Positions 9,048 through 17,524 of a stretch of DNA of 44,359 bases are shown piece by piece; the stretch's first letter is position 1, and every line of letters starts with the position of its first letter. The notes beneath the pieces are model-generated. The model worked only from the letters and a program-made list of their open reading frames with translations. It was not told the DNA's origin and searched no databases. Both the position numbers and the translations under genes were made by a program. Origin of the DNA: an uncultured Spirochaetaceae bacterium (GTDB lineage: Bacteria > Spirochaetota > Spirochaetia > Treponematales > Treponemataceae); the NCBI GenBank assembly GCA_902803735.1, contig CADCRJ010000114.1:1-44359 (forward strand), given 5' to 3'.

Positions 9048-10271
9048 CTACAGATGCTCTCTTGCGATTTTTGAGATTTCGTCTGCCATATTTTCAAGGC
9101 TTACTTGTTTTTGTACGCCGCCAAGCTCGTAAGCGACTTTTGGCATACCATAAACGATTGAAGACTTTTCATCTTGTCCAAGCGTCCATGCACCCTGCTT
9201 GCGCATCTCGGCAAGCTCTACGGCTCCGTCTTTGCCCATGCCTGTCATAATTACGCCCAAACATTTGTTCTGGTACACTTTTGCCATAGACTCAAACAGA
9301 ACGTCCGCCGATGGTCTGTGTCCGTTTCGCTGTGGGTCTTGTGTCAGTCTTATGACATTTTTTCCAAGACCTGCTGATGTTGCCGCAATGTGATAGTTGC
9401 CAGGTGCGATATAAACGTGTCCGCCTTCAATAACATCGCCATCTTCTGCTTCTTTTACGCTGAGCGGGCAGATTTTATCCAAGGAATTTGCGAATTCATG
9501 GGTAAAGCCCGCTGGCATATGCTGTACTACGAGAATCGGCTGCTTTAAATGCGGGTCAATGCACTTGAAGACTTCTCGCAGTGCGTTTGGTCCTCCTGTA
9601 GAAATACCAATGGCGATTGCTTCTATTCTTCCTCCGTCACGGAGCGGTTTTATTGCCGCTGGCTCTTTTGGTGTCGGTGTAGAGAAATCAAAGTGTTTCG
9701 CTGGCTGAGAGCGTTCAATCTGCGATTTTCGTTCTCTCTCGGCGGCAAGGAACTGGTTTGCTTTTTCCTCGCCCATCGCTGCCTGAAGCTTTCGGGTTAC
9801 AGCCCTTTCTGACGCAAGGTTCAGGTAGAAATCGCTTGAGCGGACTGTTTTTCCATGACGACGAGCATACATACCGCCGTAAGAGGAAATCATCTCAACA
9901 AGACGGTCTGCAACGGAGCTGATATCCGCAGATATAGAACCATTAGGCTTTGTGATAAAATCACTTGCCCCCAATTCCAAGCACTGCATAGTAACTACAG
10001 CACCTTTCTCTGCTATAGAAGAAAGAATTATTACAGGAATATCAATTCTGTTTGCCTTGCGGTATTTCAAGAATTCAATTCCGTTCATAACAGGCATTTC
10101 TATATCAAGGACAATAACATCCGGCTTAAGAATAGGAATCTTATCAATCAGGAACTGACCGTTCATGGCCTTTCCTACTATTTGCATTCCCTCTGTTCCG
10201 TCTATAACACGTGAAATCAGGTTTCTCATCAATGCGGAATCGTCACAAATAAGAACCGATATATCATCCAT
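9048..10271 (-). CDS. cheB: chemotaxis response regulator protein-glutamate methylesterase
   Basis: Receiver (ICDDS, LDIEMPVMNG, KP) plus methylesterase GISTGG, QHMP, HRPSAD, TGMGKDG; GGAGG SD before the ATG at 10271. Confidence 0.97.
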   Translation of the reverse strand: MDDISVLICDDSALMRNLISRVIDGTEGMQIVGKAMNGQFLIDKIPILKPDVIVLDIEMPVMNGIEFLKYRKANRIDIPVIILSSIAEKGAVVTMQCLELGASDFITKPNGSISADISSVADRLVEMISSYGGMYARRHGKTVRSSDFYLNLASERAVTRKLQAAMGEEKANQFLAAERERKSQIERSQPAKHFDFSTPTPKEPAAIKPLRDGGRIEAIAIGISTGGPNALREVFKCIDPHLKQPILVVQHMPAGFTHEFANSLDKICPLSVKEAEDGDVIEGGHVYIAPGNYHIAATSAGLGKNVIRLTQDPQRNGHRPSADVLFESMAKVYQNKCLGVIMTGMGKDGAVELAEMRKQGAWTLGQDEKSSIVYGMPKVAYELGGVQKQVSLENMADEISKIAREHL

Positions 10272-10355
10272 AAATATGCCTCCCAAAATGTACCAGTTTT
10301 AGTTTCAAAGTAATCCCTAAAAACAGTTTTAGAGACTGCCTTTAAAAATAAAAAC

Positions 10356-10458
10356 AGGACTGTCTTATAATTCCGGCTATTTCCTCCTTTTTACAAAAAC
10401 AGCTGGAGTTAAAGGAATCCGCAAAATGCAGATTCCACGATTATCTTTGGACAGTCCT
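10356..10458. repeat. MITE/REP-like element with 9-bp terminal inverted repeats (AGGACTGTC...GACAGTCCT)
   Basis: Perfect 9-bp TIR and internal hairpin GGAATCCGC/GCAGATTCC; right end TTGGACAGTCCT resembles TTGGACAGCCT at 23031-23041. Confidence 0.45.
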
Positions 10459-10518
10459 AGAAATGTTTCAAAGAAGAGTTCCAAAAGTCCATGGAGTTTT
10501 GAAACTGATTATTGTGCA

Positions 10519-11334
10519 CTATATATTCTTTTGATAAAGACAAGCCCAATCTGTCTTCAAAAACTCAAACTTTGTATCCATTCCGAACAAAGATTCTGAA
10601 TGTCCGATAAAAAGATATGAGTGTGGTCCCATGGAATTCCAGAATTTGTCTATAGTCGCTTTCTGCGCTGGCTCATCAAAGTAAATGAGAACGTTTCGGC
10701 AGAATACAATATCAAGACCTCGCATTCCAGAATCATGGCGCAAGTTGTGGTAGTCAAATTTTATAGTGTCCATCAAGGTGGATTTAACCTGATAACCCTT
10801 GTCCGTGCGTGTAAAGAAGCGTTCTAGGTACTTCTGCGGAATTCCCGAAATACGTGCGTCTGGATAAAATCCCTGCTGTCCTACCATAAGAGACTTCAAT
10901 GAAATATCAGATGCCGTAATCTGGAATTTGTACGGAGCTTGCAGGATATCCGCAAGAATCATTGCAACGGTATATGGCTCTTCACCTGTTGAGCATCCTG
11001 CGCACCAAATACGGATTGTATTATCCCCTGTTTTTTTCTTGTTCTCAATAACATGAGGAATGACATAATGTATAAGTGCGTCAAAATGTGGTTGATTTCG
11101 AAAGAAACGTGTCAGATTCGTAGTTACAGAATCTAGCATCAATTTCATTTCTTCCTTATTGGACTTTATCAACCTATAATATTCTTCAACTGAGTCCAAA
11201 TGTTTCTCGCGAAGCTTTTCTTTTAGACGGCTGTCGAGAATAGAACGGTTAGTTGCCGAGAAAGTTATTCCTGATTCATCATAAATAACCTTTCGAAATG
11301 TATCGAATTCTGCATCTGTTAATAAATCTGCCAT
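10519..11334 (-). CDS. cheR: chemotaxis protein methyltransferase
   Basis: TTNLTRFFR, IWCAGCSTGEEPYT, ASDIS, DIVFCRNVLIYFD, LFIGHSES. Confidence 0.98.
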   Translation of the reverse strand: MADLLTDAEFDTFRKVIYDESGITFSATNRSILDSRLKEKLREKHLDSVEEYYRLIKSNKEEMKLMLDSVTTNLTRFFRNQPHFDALIHYVIPHVIENKKKTGDNTIRIWCAGCSTGEEPYTVAMILADILQAPYKFQITASDISLKSLMVGQQGFYPDARISGIPQKYLERFFTRTDKGYQVKSTLMDTIKFDYHNLRHDSGMRGLDIVFCRNVLIYFDEPAQKATIDKFWNSMGPHSYLFIGHSESLFGMDTKFEFLKTDWACLYQKNI

Positions 11335-11341
11335 AGCAAAA

Positions 11342-11370
11342 ATTATATACCCTCTGTTGCAAATTGTAAA
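11342..11370 (-). promoter_or_regulatory. sigma70-type promoter of cheR (probably leaderless)
   Basis: TTTACA-N17-TATAAT ending 7 nt before the ATG; no SD. Confidence 0.6.
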
Positions 11371-11543
11371 TAAAATGAATAGGTTGTTTATAAATAAAAG
11401 AGAGAATTTTCTATTTTTGCAAAGTATTCAACGTTATTCTATAGAATTTCATGTTTTTCTTTTAATTTCAGAATAAAATATAACACAACATAAAAGCGTT
11501 TGATGTTCCCTATAAATGCAAATAATGATAAACTGAGGGAATT

Positions 11544-13160
11544 ATGAGCAAATATATTCTTGTAACAAGTGGTGTGTGTTCCAGTTTGGGAAAAGGTGTT
11601 GCAACTTCCGCAATCGGAAGTCTTCTCGAATCCAGCGGCTTAAAAATCGCAGTAATGAAATGCGATCCGTACATCAATATCGATGCAGGAACAATAAGCC
11701 CGTATCAGCACGGAGAAGTTTACGTGACAGAGGATGGAGCCGAGACCGACTCTGATTTGGGCAACTATTCACGCTTTACAAGCGTTCATTTGAATAATGA
11801 GAACCTTGTTACAATCGGAAAAGTTTATAATGCTGTAATCCAGAACGAGCGTGCAGGACGTTATAACGGACGCACTGTTCAGGTTATACCTCATATAACG
11901 GATGAAATAAAAAGACGAATCTTGTCGATGGGCTCAAAAACCGGTGCGGATGTAGTAATCGTTGAGATTGGCGGAACTGTAGGCGATATAGAGTCTATTC
12001 CTTTTCTTGAGGTTGCGCGCCAGCTGAGCCATGAATTAGGAAGAGCCAATTGTATTACCGTTCATTTGTCTTTGGTTCCTACGATTATTGGTGGCGAGCT
12101 TAAAACAAAACCTACCCAGCAGTCCGTAAAAAAATTGCAGGAGACAGGTATTCAGCCAGACATTCTTATTTGCCGCTGTGAGCGAATGGTTGACGAGGAT
12201 ATGCGCAAAAAGATTGCGATGTTCTGCAACGTAAGCGTGGGAGCTGTGTTCTCTTCAATAGATATAGACAAATCAATATATGAGCTGCCAATTCTGTTCC
12301 ATGAGCAGGGTGTTGACAAAAAGATTTTTGAGAAGCTCGCGCTCGGTAACAGGCAGGCAAATATAAAGCCTTGGAAAGACTTTATATCAAAGCTTAACGC
12401 ACCTCTCCGCAAAATTCATATTGCTATGGTCGGAAAGAAAGACTATCTCGACGACTGCTACAAGAGCGTTAGAGAAAGCTTGTTCCATGCGGCTGTAACT
12501 TCTTATAATGCTGACATTGAGATAAAAAAAGTTGACGCGGAGACTCTTGAGGGAATGTCTGATATTTCTGGTGTTTTTGCTGATATTGATGCGATTGTAA
12601 TCCCAGGAAATTATGGACAGCGTGGTTTTATGGGACTTTTGCAGACTGTCCGCTTTGCACGTGAGAATAAGATTCCGTACCTTGGCATTGACCTTGGAAT
12701 GCAGCTTATGGCTATAGAGACAGCTCGCTCTTTGCTTGGCTGGAAAGACGCTGATTCTACAGAATTCATGCAGAACTGTGAGCATGCCGTAATTTCTCTG
12801 CCAGAAGAGCAGTCTGGTTCCATTGCGACAGGCATAATGAAACTCGGTGCATCAAATGTACGGCTTGCGCCAGAGTCAAAGCTGTTTGAGATAATGAAAA
12901 AAGATGTCATTAATGAAAGACATCGCTCAAAATATACCTTTGACCGAAAATATACTGATGATTTGAAAGCAAAGGGGCTTGAAATATCAGCCAGCTCTGA
13001 AGATGATGGTCAGACAGAGGCTTTTGAGTGGAAAGAGCATCCTTGGGGAATAGGCGTTCAGTTCCATCCAGAATTTGTGTCTCGCCCTACAAATCCTCAT
13101 CCTCTGTTCGTAGCCTTTGTTGGAGCCGCTTTGGAGAATTGTACGTCGACAAGACGATGA
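11544..13160 (+). CDS. pyrG: CTP synthase with degenerate glutaminase domain
   Basis: SSLGKG, DPYIN.DAGT.SPYQHGEV, VQVIPHITDEIK, EIGGTVGDIES, GELKTKPTQ, QFHPEF; but GIDLGMQ in place of GICLGMQ. Confidence 0.95.
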   Translation: MSKYILVTSGVCSSLGKGVATSAIGSLLESSGLKIAVMKCDPYINIDAGTISPYQHGEVYVTEDGAETDSDLGNYSRFTSVHLNNENLVTIGKVYNAVIQNERAGRYNGRTVQVIPHITDEIKRRILSMGSKTGADVVIVEIGGTVGDIESIPFLEVARQLSHELGRANCITVHLSLVPTIIGGELKTKPTQQSVKKLQETGIQPDILICRCERMVDEDMRKKIAMFCNVSVGAVFSSIDIDKSIYELPILFHEQGVDKKIFEKLALGNRQANIKPWKDFISKLNAPLRKIHIAMVGKKDYLDDCYKSVRESLFHAAVTSYNADIEIKKVDAETLEGMSDISGVFADIDAIVIPGNYGQRGFMGLLQTVRFARENKIPYLGIDLGMQLMAIETARSLLGWKDADSTEFMQNCEHAVISLPEEQSGSIATGIMKLGASNVRLAPESKLFEIMKKDVINERHRSKYTFDRKYTDDLKAKGLEISASSEDDGQTEAFEWKEHPWGIGVQFHPEFVSRPTNPHPLFVAFVGAALENCTSTRR

Positions 13161-13172
13161 CATCGGCAAAAG

Positions 13173-13712
13173 ATGAGATTTGTTAGCCTTGTACTGCTTA
13201 TGATGCTTTTTCTTTTTGCATCATGCTCTCTCAATTATATGAAATCAGCCGCCTCGGAAGATTCTGTCCCAGAGTTCGTTTTTAACGATGCGGCTTTTTT
13301 GCGTGTTGAGGGAGGAAAAAAGAAGGCTGTGATAAAAGCCTCAAAGCTGGAGCAGTACAAGACAGACTCTGTTTCTTTTGCGGAGAACGCAAGTTTTAAA
13401 ACCTACGATGACAGCGGAAAAGAAAAGGCTCTGGGAAAATGTGTTCTTATTTCGGCTGACATTGATAACGGTATCTTTGTCATGCTTGGAAATATTGAGC
13501 TTGACTTGCCGTCTGATAATATTAAGATTATTGCGGAATCTCTTAAAATGAACAAAAAAACGGAGCAGATTGTAAGCAGGTCAGGAAGCAGCGTTTTACT
13601 GCAAAAAGACGGCGTAGAGATTTCTGGCAAAGGTTTTTGTGCCAGCGGTGCAAGCAAAAGCTATGCATTCATGCAGAATGTGTCGGGTTCAATCGATACG
13701 GAAGACAGGTAA
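13173..13712 (+). CDS. lptC: LptC-like periplasmic protein
   Basis: Lipoprotein-like signal (LFASC), beta-rich sequence, position before lptA-lptB. Confidence 0.65.
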   Translation: MRFVSLVLLMMLFLFASCSLNYMKSAASEDSVPEFVFNDAAFLRVEGGKKKAVIKASKLEQYKTDSVSFAENASFKTYDDSGKEKALGKCVLISADIDNGIFVMLGNIELDLPSDNIKIIAESLKMNKKTEQIVSRSGSSVLLQKDGVEISGKGFCASGASKSYAFMQNVSGSIDTEDR

Positions 13713-13715
13713 GCC

Positions 13716-14420
13716 ATGGCAAGAAAAATCAATGTGTCTTTGCTTTTTCTGACTTTAGTTTTTTTTGTGCAAACTGCGGCTGCTGAACAAATCTCATTCA
13801 ATGCAGATTATATGACTGGTCGGACAAATGCTTCGACTGATACAACCCGCCTAGTAGGAAATGCCTTCGTAAGAACGTCCTCTATGGAAATAAACGCGGA
13901 CGAGATAACCATTGAAGGCTCTGATTTTACATCGATAACAGCGACAGGCTCTGTTCGTGGAAAGAATTTGGAGACAAAGCTCGAATTCACGTGTGAAAAA
14001 CTTAGGTTTGACAGGATTACGAAGATTGCTCGTCTTGAAAATTTTGTGCACCTGACTGACGTTGAGAATAATGTTACCGCCGATGCCCATATAATTGACT
14101 ATAACCAAAACAATGACGTCGCAATAATGCAGATAGAAGTGAGCCTTGTGCAGAAAGACAATCTGTGTACGGCGGCTTACGCTGTTTACAAAAAACGCTC
14201 GCAGACACTTGAGATGAGCGGAAACCCCAAAATTACGCAGGGAAAGGATTCTTTTAGGGCACAAGAAATCTCTCTGAATCTTGAGACTCAAGAAATAATA
14301 CTGGACGGGCGTGTAAATGGAACTGTATCCGATTCAAAGGAAAAAAATAAAAAGCCCGATAACAATGATGATAAAAATGCCATAAAGCAAGAGCCAAAAG
14401 GGGAAGCCGATGGAAACTGA
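13716..14420 (+). CDS. lptA: LptA/OstA-family protein
   Basis: Signal peptide, I.FNAD...L.GNAFV, LEMSGNPKITQGKDSFRAQEI...LDGRVNGT jellyroll pattern; precedes lptB. Confidence 0.8.
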   Translation: MARKINVSLLFLTLVFFVQTAAAEQISFNADYMTGRTNASTDTTRLVGNAFVRTSSMEINADEITIEGSDFTSITATGSVRGKNLETKLEFTCEKLRFDRITKIARLENFVHLTDVENNVTADAHIIDYNQNNDVAIMQIEVSLVQKDNLCTAAYAVYKKRSQTLEMSGNPKITQGKDSFRAQEISLNLETQEIILDGRVNGTVSDSKEKNKKPDNNDDKNAIKQEPKGEADGN

Positions 14421-15162
14421 GAGCCAGAGCAATAATGACCATGAGCTTAGAGTAAGCAGCCTTTACAAAACGTTTGGTCGAAAAAAAGTCGTTCAGGGCG
14501 TTGACTTTTCAATGCATACAGGCGAAATCCTTGGTTTGCTTGGTCCGAACGGAGCAGGAAAAACGACAAGCTTCTATATGATAGTGGGATTTCATAAGCC
14601 GACTTCCGGAGAGATTTTTCTTGATAACAAGCGGATAACTCATTTGCCAATGTACAAACGTGCAAAGCTCGGCATATCTTATTTGCCGCAGGAGCCAAGC
14701 GTTTTTAGAAAGTTGACGGTAGAAGAGAATATCTGGTCAATCCTTGAGACTCGCTCTGATTTGAGTCGTGAACAAAAGCGTGAAAAACTAGAATCTTTGC
14801 TTGAAGAATTCTCTATTGGCAGAATAAGGAAACAACCTGCTTTTACGCTGTCTGGTGGCGAGCGACGCAGAACGGAGATAGCCCGCTCTCTTGCTATTGA
14901 GCCTAAATTTTTGCTTTTGGATGAGCCATTTGCTGGTATTGACCCAATTGCCGTCGCAGACATAAAAGGTATGATACGACTGCTTTCTCAACGCGGAATT
15001 GGAATCCTGATTACTGACCACAACGTTCGTGATACTCTTGAGATAACCACCCGTGCGATTATAATAAGCACCGGACAGATTCTCATTCAAGGAAGCCGAC
15101 AGGACATCATCGACAGCCCGCTTGCAAGGGAGATTTACCTTGGCGAGAGCTTCCATATGTAG
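14410..15162 (+). CDS. lptB: LPS export ABC transporter ATP-binding protein
   Basis: GLLGPNGAGKTT, YLPQEPSVFRKL, LSGGERRR.EIAR, LLDEPFAGIDP, ITDHNVRDTL, YLGESF. Confidence 0.96.
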   Translation: METESQSNNDHELRVSSLYKTFGRKKVVQGVDFSMHTGEILGLLGPNGAGKTTSFYMIVGFHKPTSGEIFLDNKRITHLPMYKRAKLGISYLPQEPSVFRKLTVEENIWSILETRSDLSREQKREKLESLLEEFSIGRIRKQPAFTLSGGERRRTEIARSLAIEPKFLLLDEPFAGIDPIAVADIKGMIRLLSQRGIGILITDHNVRDTLEITTRAIIISTGQILIQGSRQDIIDSPLAREIYLGESFHM

Positions 15163-15235
15163 CAGAGAAATGCGGTAAAGATGAAACTATTTTTTAGCAT
15201 TTGACCGACTGAAAATACGAGGTTGTAATGGATTT

Positions 15236-15382
15236 ATGGTCGGTAGAAAACAAGAAACGCAAATATTTTTAACTCGGGCAACACTCTTAAAAACCAGCTG
15301 GAACACTTTTATTTTTCTCTCCAGCTTCACGGACTGTCAAAATATCACAGAAAACAGACCTGAGTCGAAGCATTCTTTATGA
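15236..15382 (+). pseudogene. possible remnant of an AAA-family ATPase N-terminus
   Basis: MVGRKQE start after GAGG; a second frame reads NTLKNQLEHFYFSLQLHGL. Both resemble pieces of archaeal-ATPase-like proteins with the Walker A region missing. Recognised from memory only. Confidence 0.3.
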
Positions 15383-15392
15383 TTGAACGTCC

Positions 15393-15427
15393 TTGACAAT
15401 GATTATCTTTTAAAAGATAATCATTGT
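15393..15427 (+). promoter_or_regulatory. sigma70 promoter overlapped by a perfect 32-bp palindromic operator
   Basis: TTGACA(15393-15398)-N17-GATAAT(15416-15421); palindrome ACAATGATTATCTTTT|AAAAGATAATCATTGT at 15396-15427, ending at the ATG. Confidence 0.8.
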
Positions 15428-15949
15428 ATGAATATATTAAGCGAACTGAGGTTAAGAAATATATCTATAAATGAGTGCTCTAAGAGAACTGGTATTCCTT
15501 ATGGATCTTTGTACCCGCTTGTACATGGAAAAAAATCCTTTGAAAAATGTGAGTATGCGACTTTGAAAAAACTCGCTGATTTTTTTTTATGTACAGTAGA
15601 CGATATTTTATATAAAAATGAAAATTTTTCTGTTTATTGGGAAAATGAGAGAGTTGCTGATGTTACGATTTTGGAAAACAAGGCTGTTATAAAGCGCTTT
15701 TCTAAAAATCCCGCAAAGCAAATTTTTGCAAAAGATGAAATTCCTCTTTTTGAACTTGGGGAAATATTGAGCTGGAGATGTTGGGCTAAAAATCGTGAGA
15801 ATATCGAAAAATATCTTTTTAAGCTTGGGCTTACGGAATTTCAGCCTTATAAGATTTGCCGAAAAACCCATGGTGTTATGTATCAAGATAAAATCTGGTT
15901 TAAGTATGAGGGCGAAACTCTTTCATGGGAAGATGTAAAATGCGTATGA
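15428..15949 (+). CDS. XRE-type HTH fused to a HipA N-terminal (HipS-like) domain; putative antitoxin
   Basis: ISINECSKRTGIPYGSLY...TLKKLADFFLCTVDDIL (HTH); C-half LSWRCW..NRENIEKYL..LGL..FQPY.I...THG....DKIWF resembles the HipA N-subdomain. Confidence 0.7.
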   Translation: MNILSELRLRNISINECSKRTGIPYGSLYPLVHGKKSFEKCEYATLKKLADFFLCTVDDILYKNENFSVYWENERVADVTILENKAVIKRFSKNPAKQIFAKDEIPLFELGEILSWRCWAKNRENIEKYLFKLGLTEFQPYKICRKTHGVMYQDKIWFKYEGETLSWEDVKCV

Positions 15950-16695
15950 CAATAGAAGAGTTTTTAATTTCAGATGAATGTCTTGTAAGGACGAGTGGAA
16001 CCAGCGACGGAACTCAGGACAAATATTTTAAAGACGGTACTTGGTTCAAGCTTGACCGTCATGGTGGGGAAGGAATGGCTGAGACTTTAGCCAGTTCTGT
16101 TTTGAATGCAATCGGTTTTCCGAATGATTTGTTTGTCGAATACAAGCCCTGTATAATAAATGGTAAGAACGGTTGTTATAGCAAAAACTTTTTAAAAGAA
16201 AATGAAAGTTTTATAACTTTTTATCGGCTCTACAAAAATGTAACAGGGCGAGATCTTGCGACGGTCTGCTCCAAAATGGATTATGATGATGCGATTGAGT
16301 ATGTAATAAATTTTGTTAAGGAACAAACAAAGCTGGACATCCATGAATATTTAGCAAATATTTTTTTCTTGGATATGTTGATTTTGAATGAGGACAGGCA
16401 TTTTAATAATCTTGGAATAATTTATGATGATACTTCCTTTAAGCTTGCTCCCATCTTTGATAATGGAAAATCATTCTTTATTGGAAATTCAAGGGCAAAA
16501 AATTGCTCAGAGATTTCTGAAAAAATAAATACTGCTTATGCAAAAGTTTTCAGTCCATCATTTAAGGTTAATTATGCTTATTTGAAAAAATACTGCATGT
16601 TAAAGTGTGATTCGAATATCGTAAAAAAACTTCCTGTTTATGAGGATGTAAATTACTCTAGGTTTATCGAGATATTAAAACATACGATAAAATAG
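15946..16695 (+). CDS. HipA-family (HipT/CtkA-like) Ser/Thr kinase lacking the N-subdomain; putative toxin
   Basis: Gly loop TSGTSDGTQDK, WFK, AETLAS, catalytic NEDRHFNN, Mg-binding LAPIFDNG; ATGA overlap with the upstream stop. Confidence 0.85.
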   Translation: MTIEEFLISDECLVRTSGTSDGTQDKYFKDGTWFKLDRHGGEGMAETLASSVLNAIGFPNDLFVEYKPCIINGKNGCYSKNFLKENESFITFYRLYKNVTGRDLATVCSKMDYDDAIEYVINFVKEQTKLDIHEYLANIFFLDMLILNEDRHFNNLGIIYDDTSFKLAPIFDNGKSFFIGNSRAKNCSEISEKINTAYAKVFSPSFKVNYAYLKKYCMLKCDSNIVKKLPVYEDVNYSRFIEILKHTIK

Positions 16696-16733
16696 CATGG
16701 CTTTCATAAAAGTCTGTGCCCTAAAACAGAGCC

Positions 16734-16761
16734 AGTTTCTGAACTAGCCAGTTCAGAAACT
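16734..16761. terminator. hairpin between convergent kinase and DJ-1 genes
   Basis: Perfect AGTTTCTGAACT-AGCC-AGTTCAGAAACT followed by TTT. Confidence 0.6.
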
Positions 16762-16791
16762 TTTAATTCCGCACTGACCTGATAAAAAGTT

Positions 16792-17376
16792 TTATCGCTG
16801 ACAGCTTCCATCGTGGATTTTCTTTGCGGTCTCTGCTCCTGCAAGAATCTCTACGAATTTCATGGCGAACTGCTCTGCTGTTCCTGGACCTCGCCCTGTG
16901 AGAAGGTTCTTGTCAAAAACAAACGGAACGTCCGTCACGTGAGTGCCTTCGGCGATTCCTTCGTTCATGCCTGGATAGCAGGTCCAGCTTCTGCCTGCAA
17001 GAATACTTGTCTTTGAGAGAACTACTGCGGGGCTTGCGCACATTGCGGCAACAAGTTTATTTGACTCGCTCATTTTATTGATTATATCCAACAACTGTTT
17101 TTCTGCCGCAAGATTTTTCGCACCTGGCATTCCTCCTGGAAAATAAACGGCATCCGGCAAAGAGTCTTTGTTGTCTTCCATAAAATCGCATAAAATCTGG
17201 TCTGCAAAAACTTTTACGCCATGACTTCCTTCTACAATAGACGTTTTTTCTGCGGAATCTGCTTCTGGTACAGAAACCGTTATAACGTCTTGTCCTGCAC
17301 GACGCAAATAATCGACGATGGTTAATGCTTCTATCTCTTCAAAGCCCGGAGCAAGAAAAACAATTATTTTAGACAT
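16792..17376 (-). CDS. DJ-1/PfpI (YajL/ThiJ) family protein
   Basis: GFEEIEAL..VDYLRRAG, PGGMPGA.NL, AAMCASP, TCYPG, TGRGPGTA. Confidence 0.95.
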   Translation of the reverse strand: MSKIIVFLAPGFEEIEALTIVDYLRRAGQDVITVSVPEADSAEKTSIVEGSHGVKVFADQILCDFMEDNKDSLPDAVYFPGGMPGAKNLAAEKQLLDIINKMSESNKLVAAMCASPAVVLSKTSILAGRSWTCYPGMNEGIAEGTHVTDVPFVFDKNLLTGRGPGTAEQFAMKFVEILAGAETAKKIHDGSCQR

Positions 17377-17487
17377 AAATCCTCCATAACACGTAAAAAA
17401 CTCGACATTTACAGTATATAATTATATACTGAATTATATCATTTTGTTTAAGCTTATTACTAAAAATTATTGCTTTAGATACAAGCT

Positions 17488-17514
17488 TAATACAAATTAT
17501 TTTTTTCCCGATAA
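17488..17514 (+). promoter_or_regulatory. candidate sigma28 (FliA) promoter
   Basis: TAAT-N15-CCCGATAA versus consensus TAAA-N15-GCCGATAA; ends 10 nt before the ATG at 17525. Confidence 0.45.
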
Positions 17515-17524
17515 TATAAAAGCT

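Noticed and set aside
15396-15427. Fur box reading of the palindrome (contains GATAATCATT)
   Set aside because: Half-sites are not in the Fur 7-1-7 or 19-bp arrangement, and the adjacent HTH gene is a simpler explanation.
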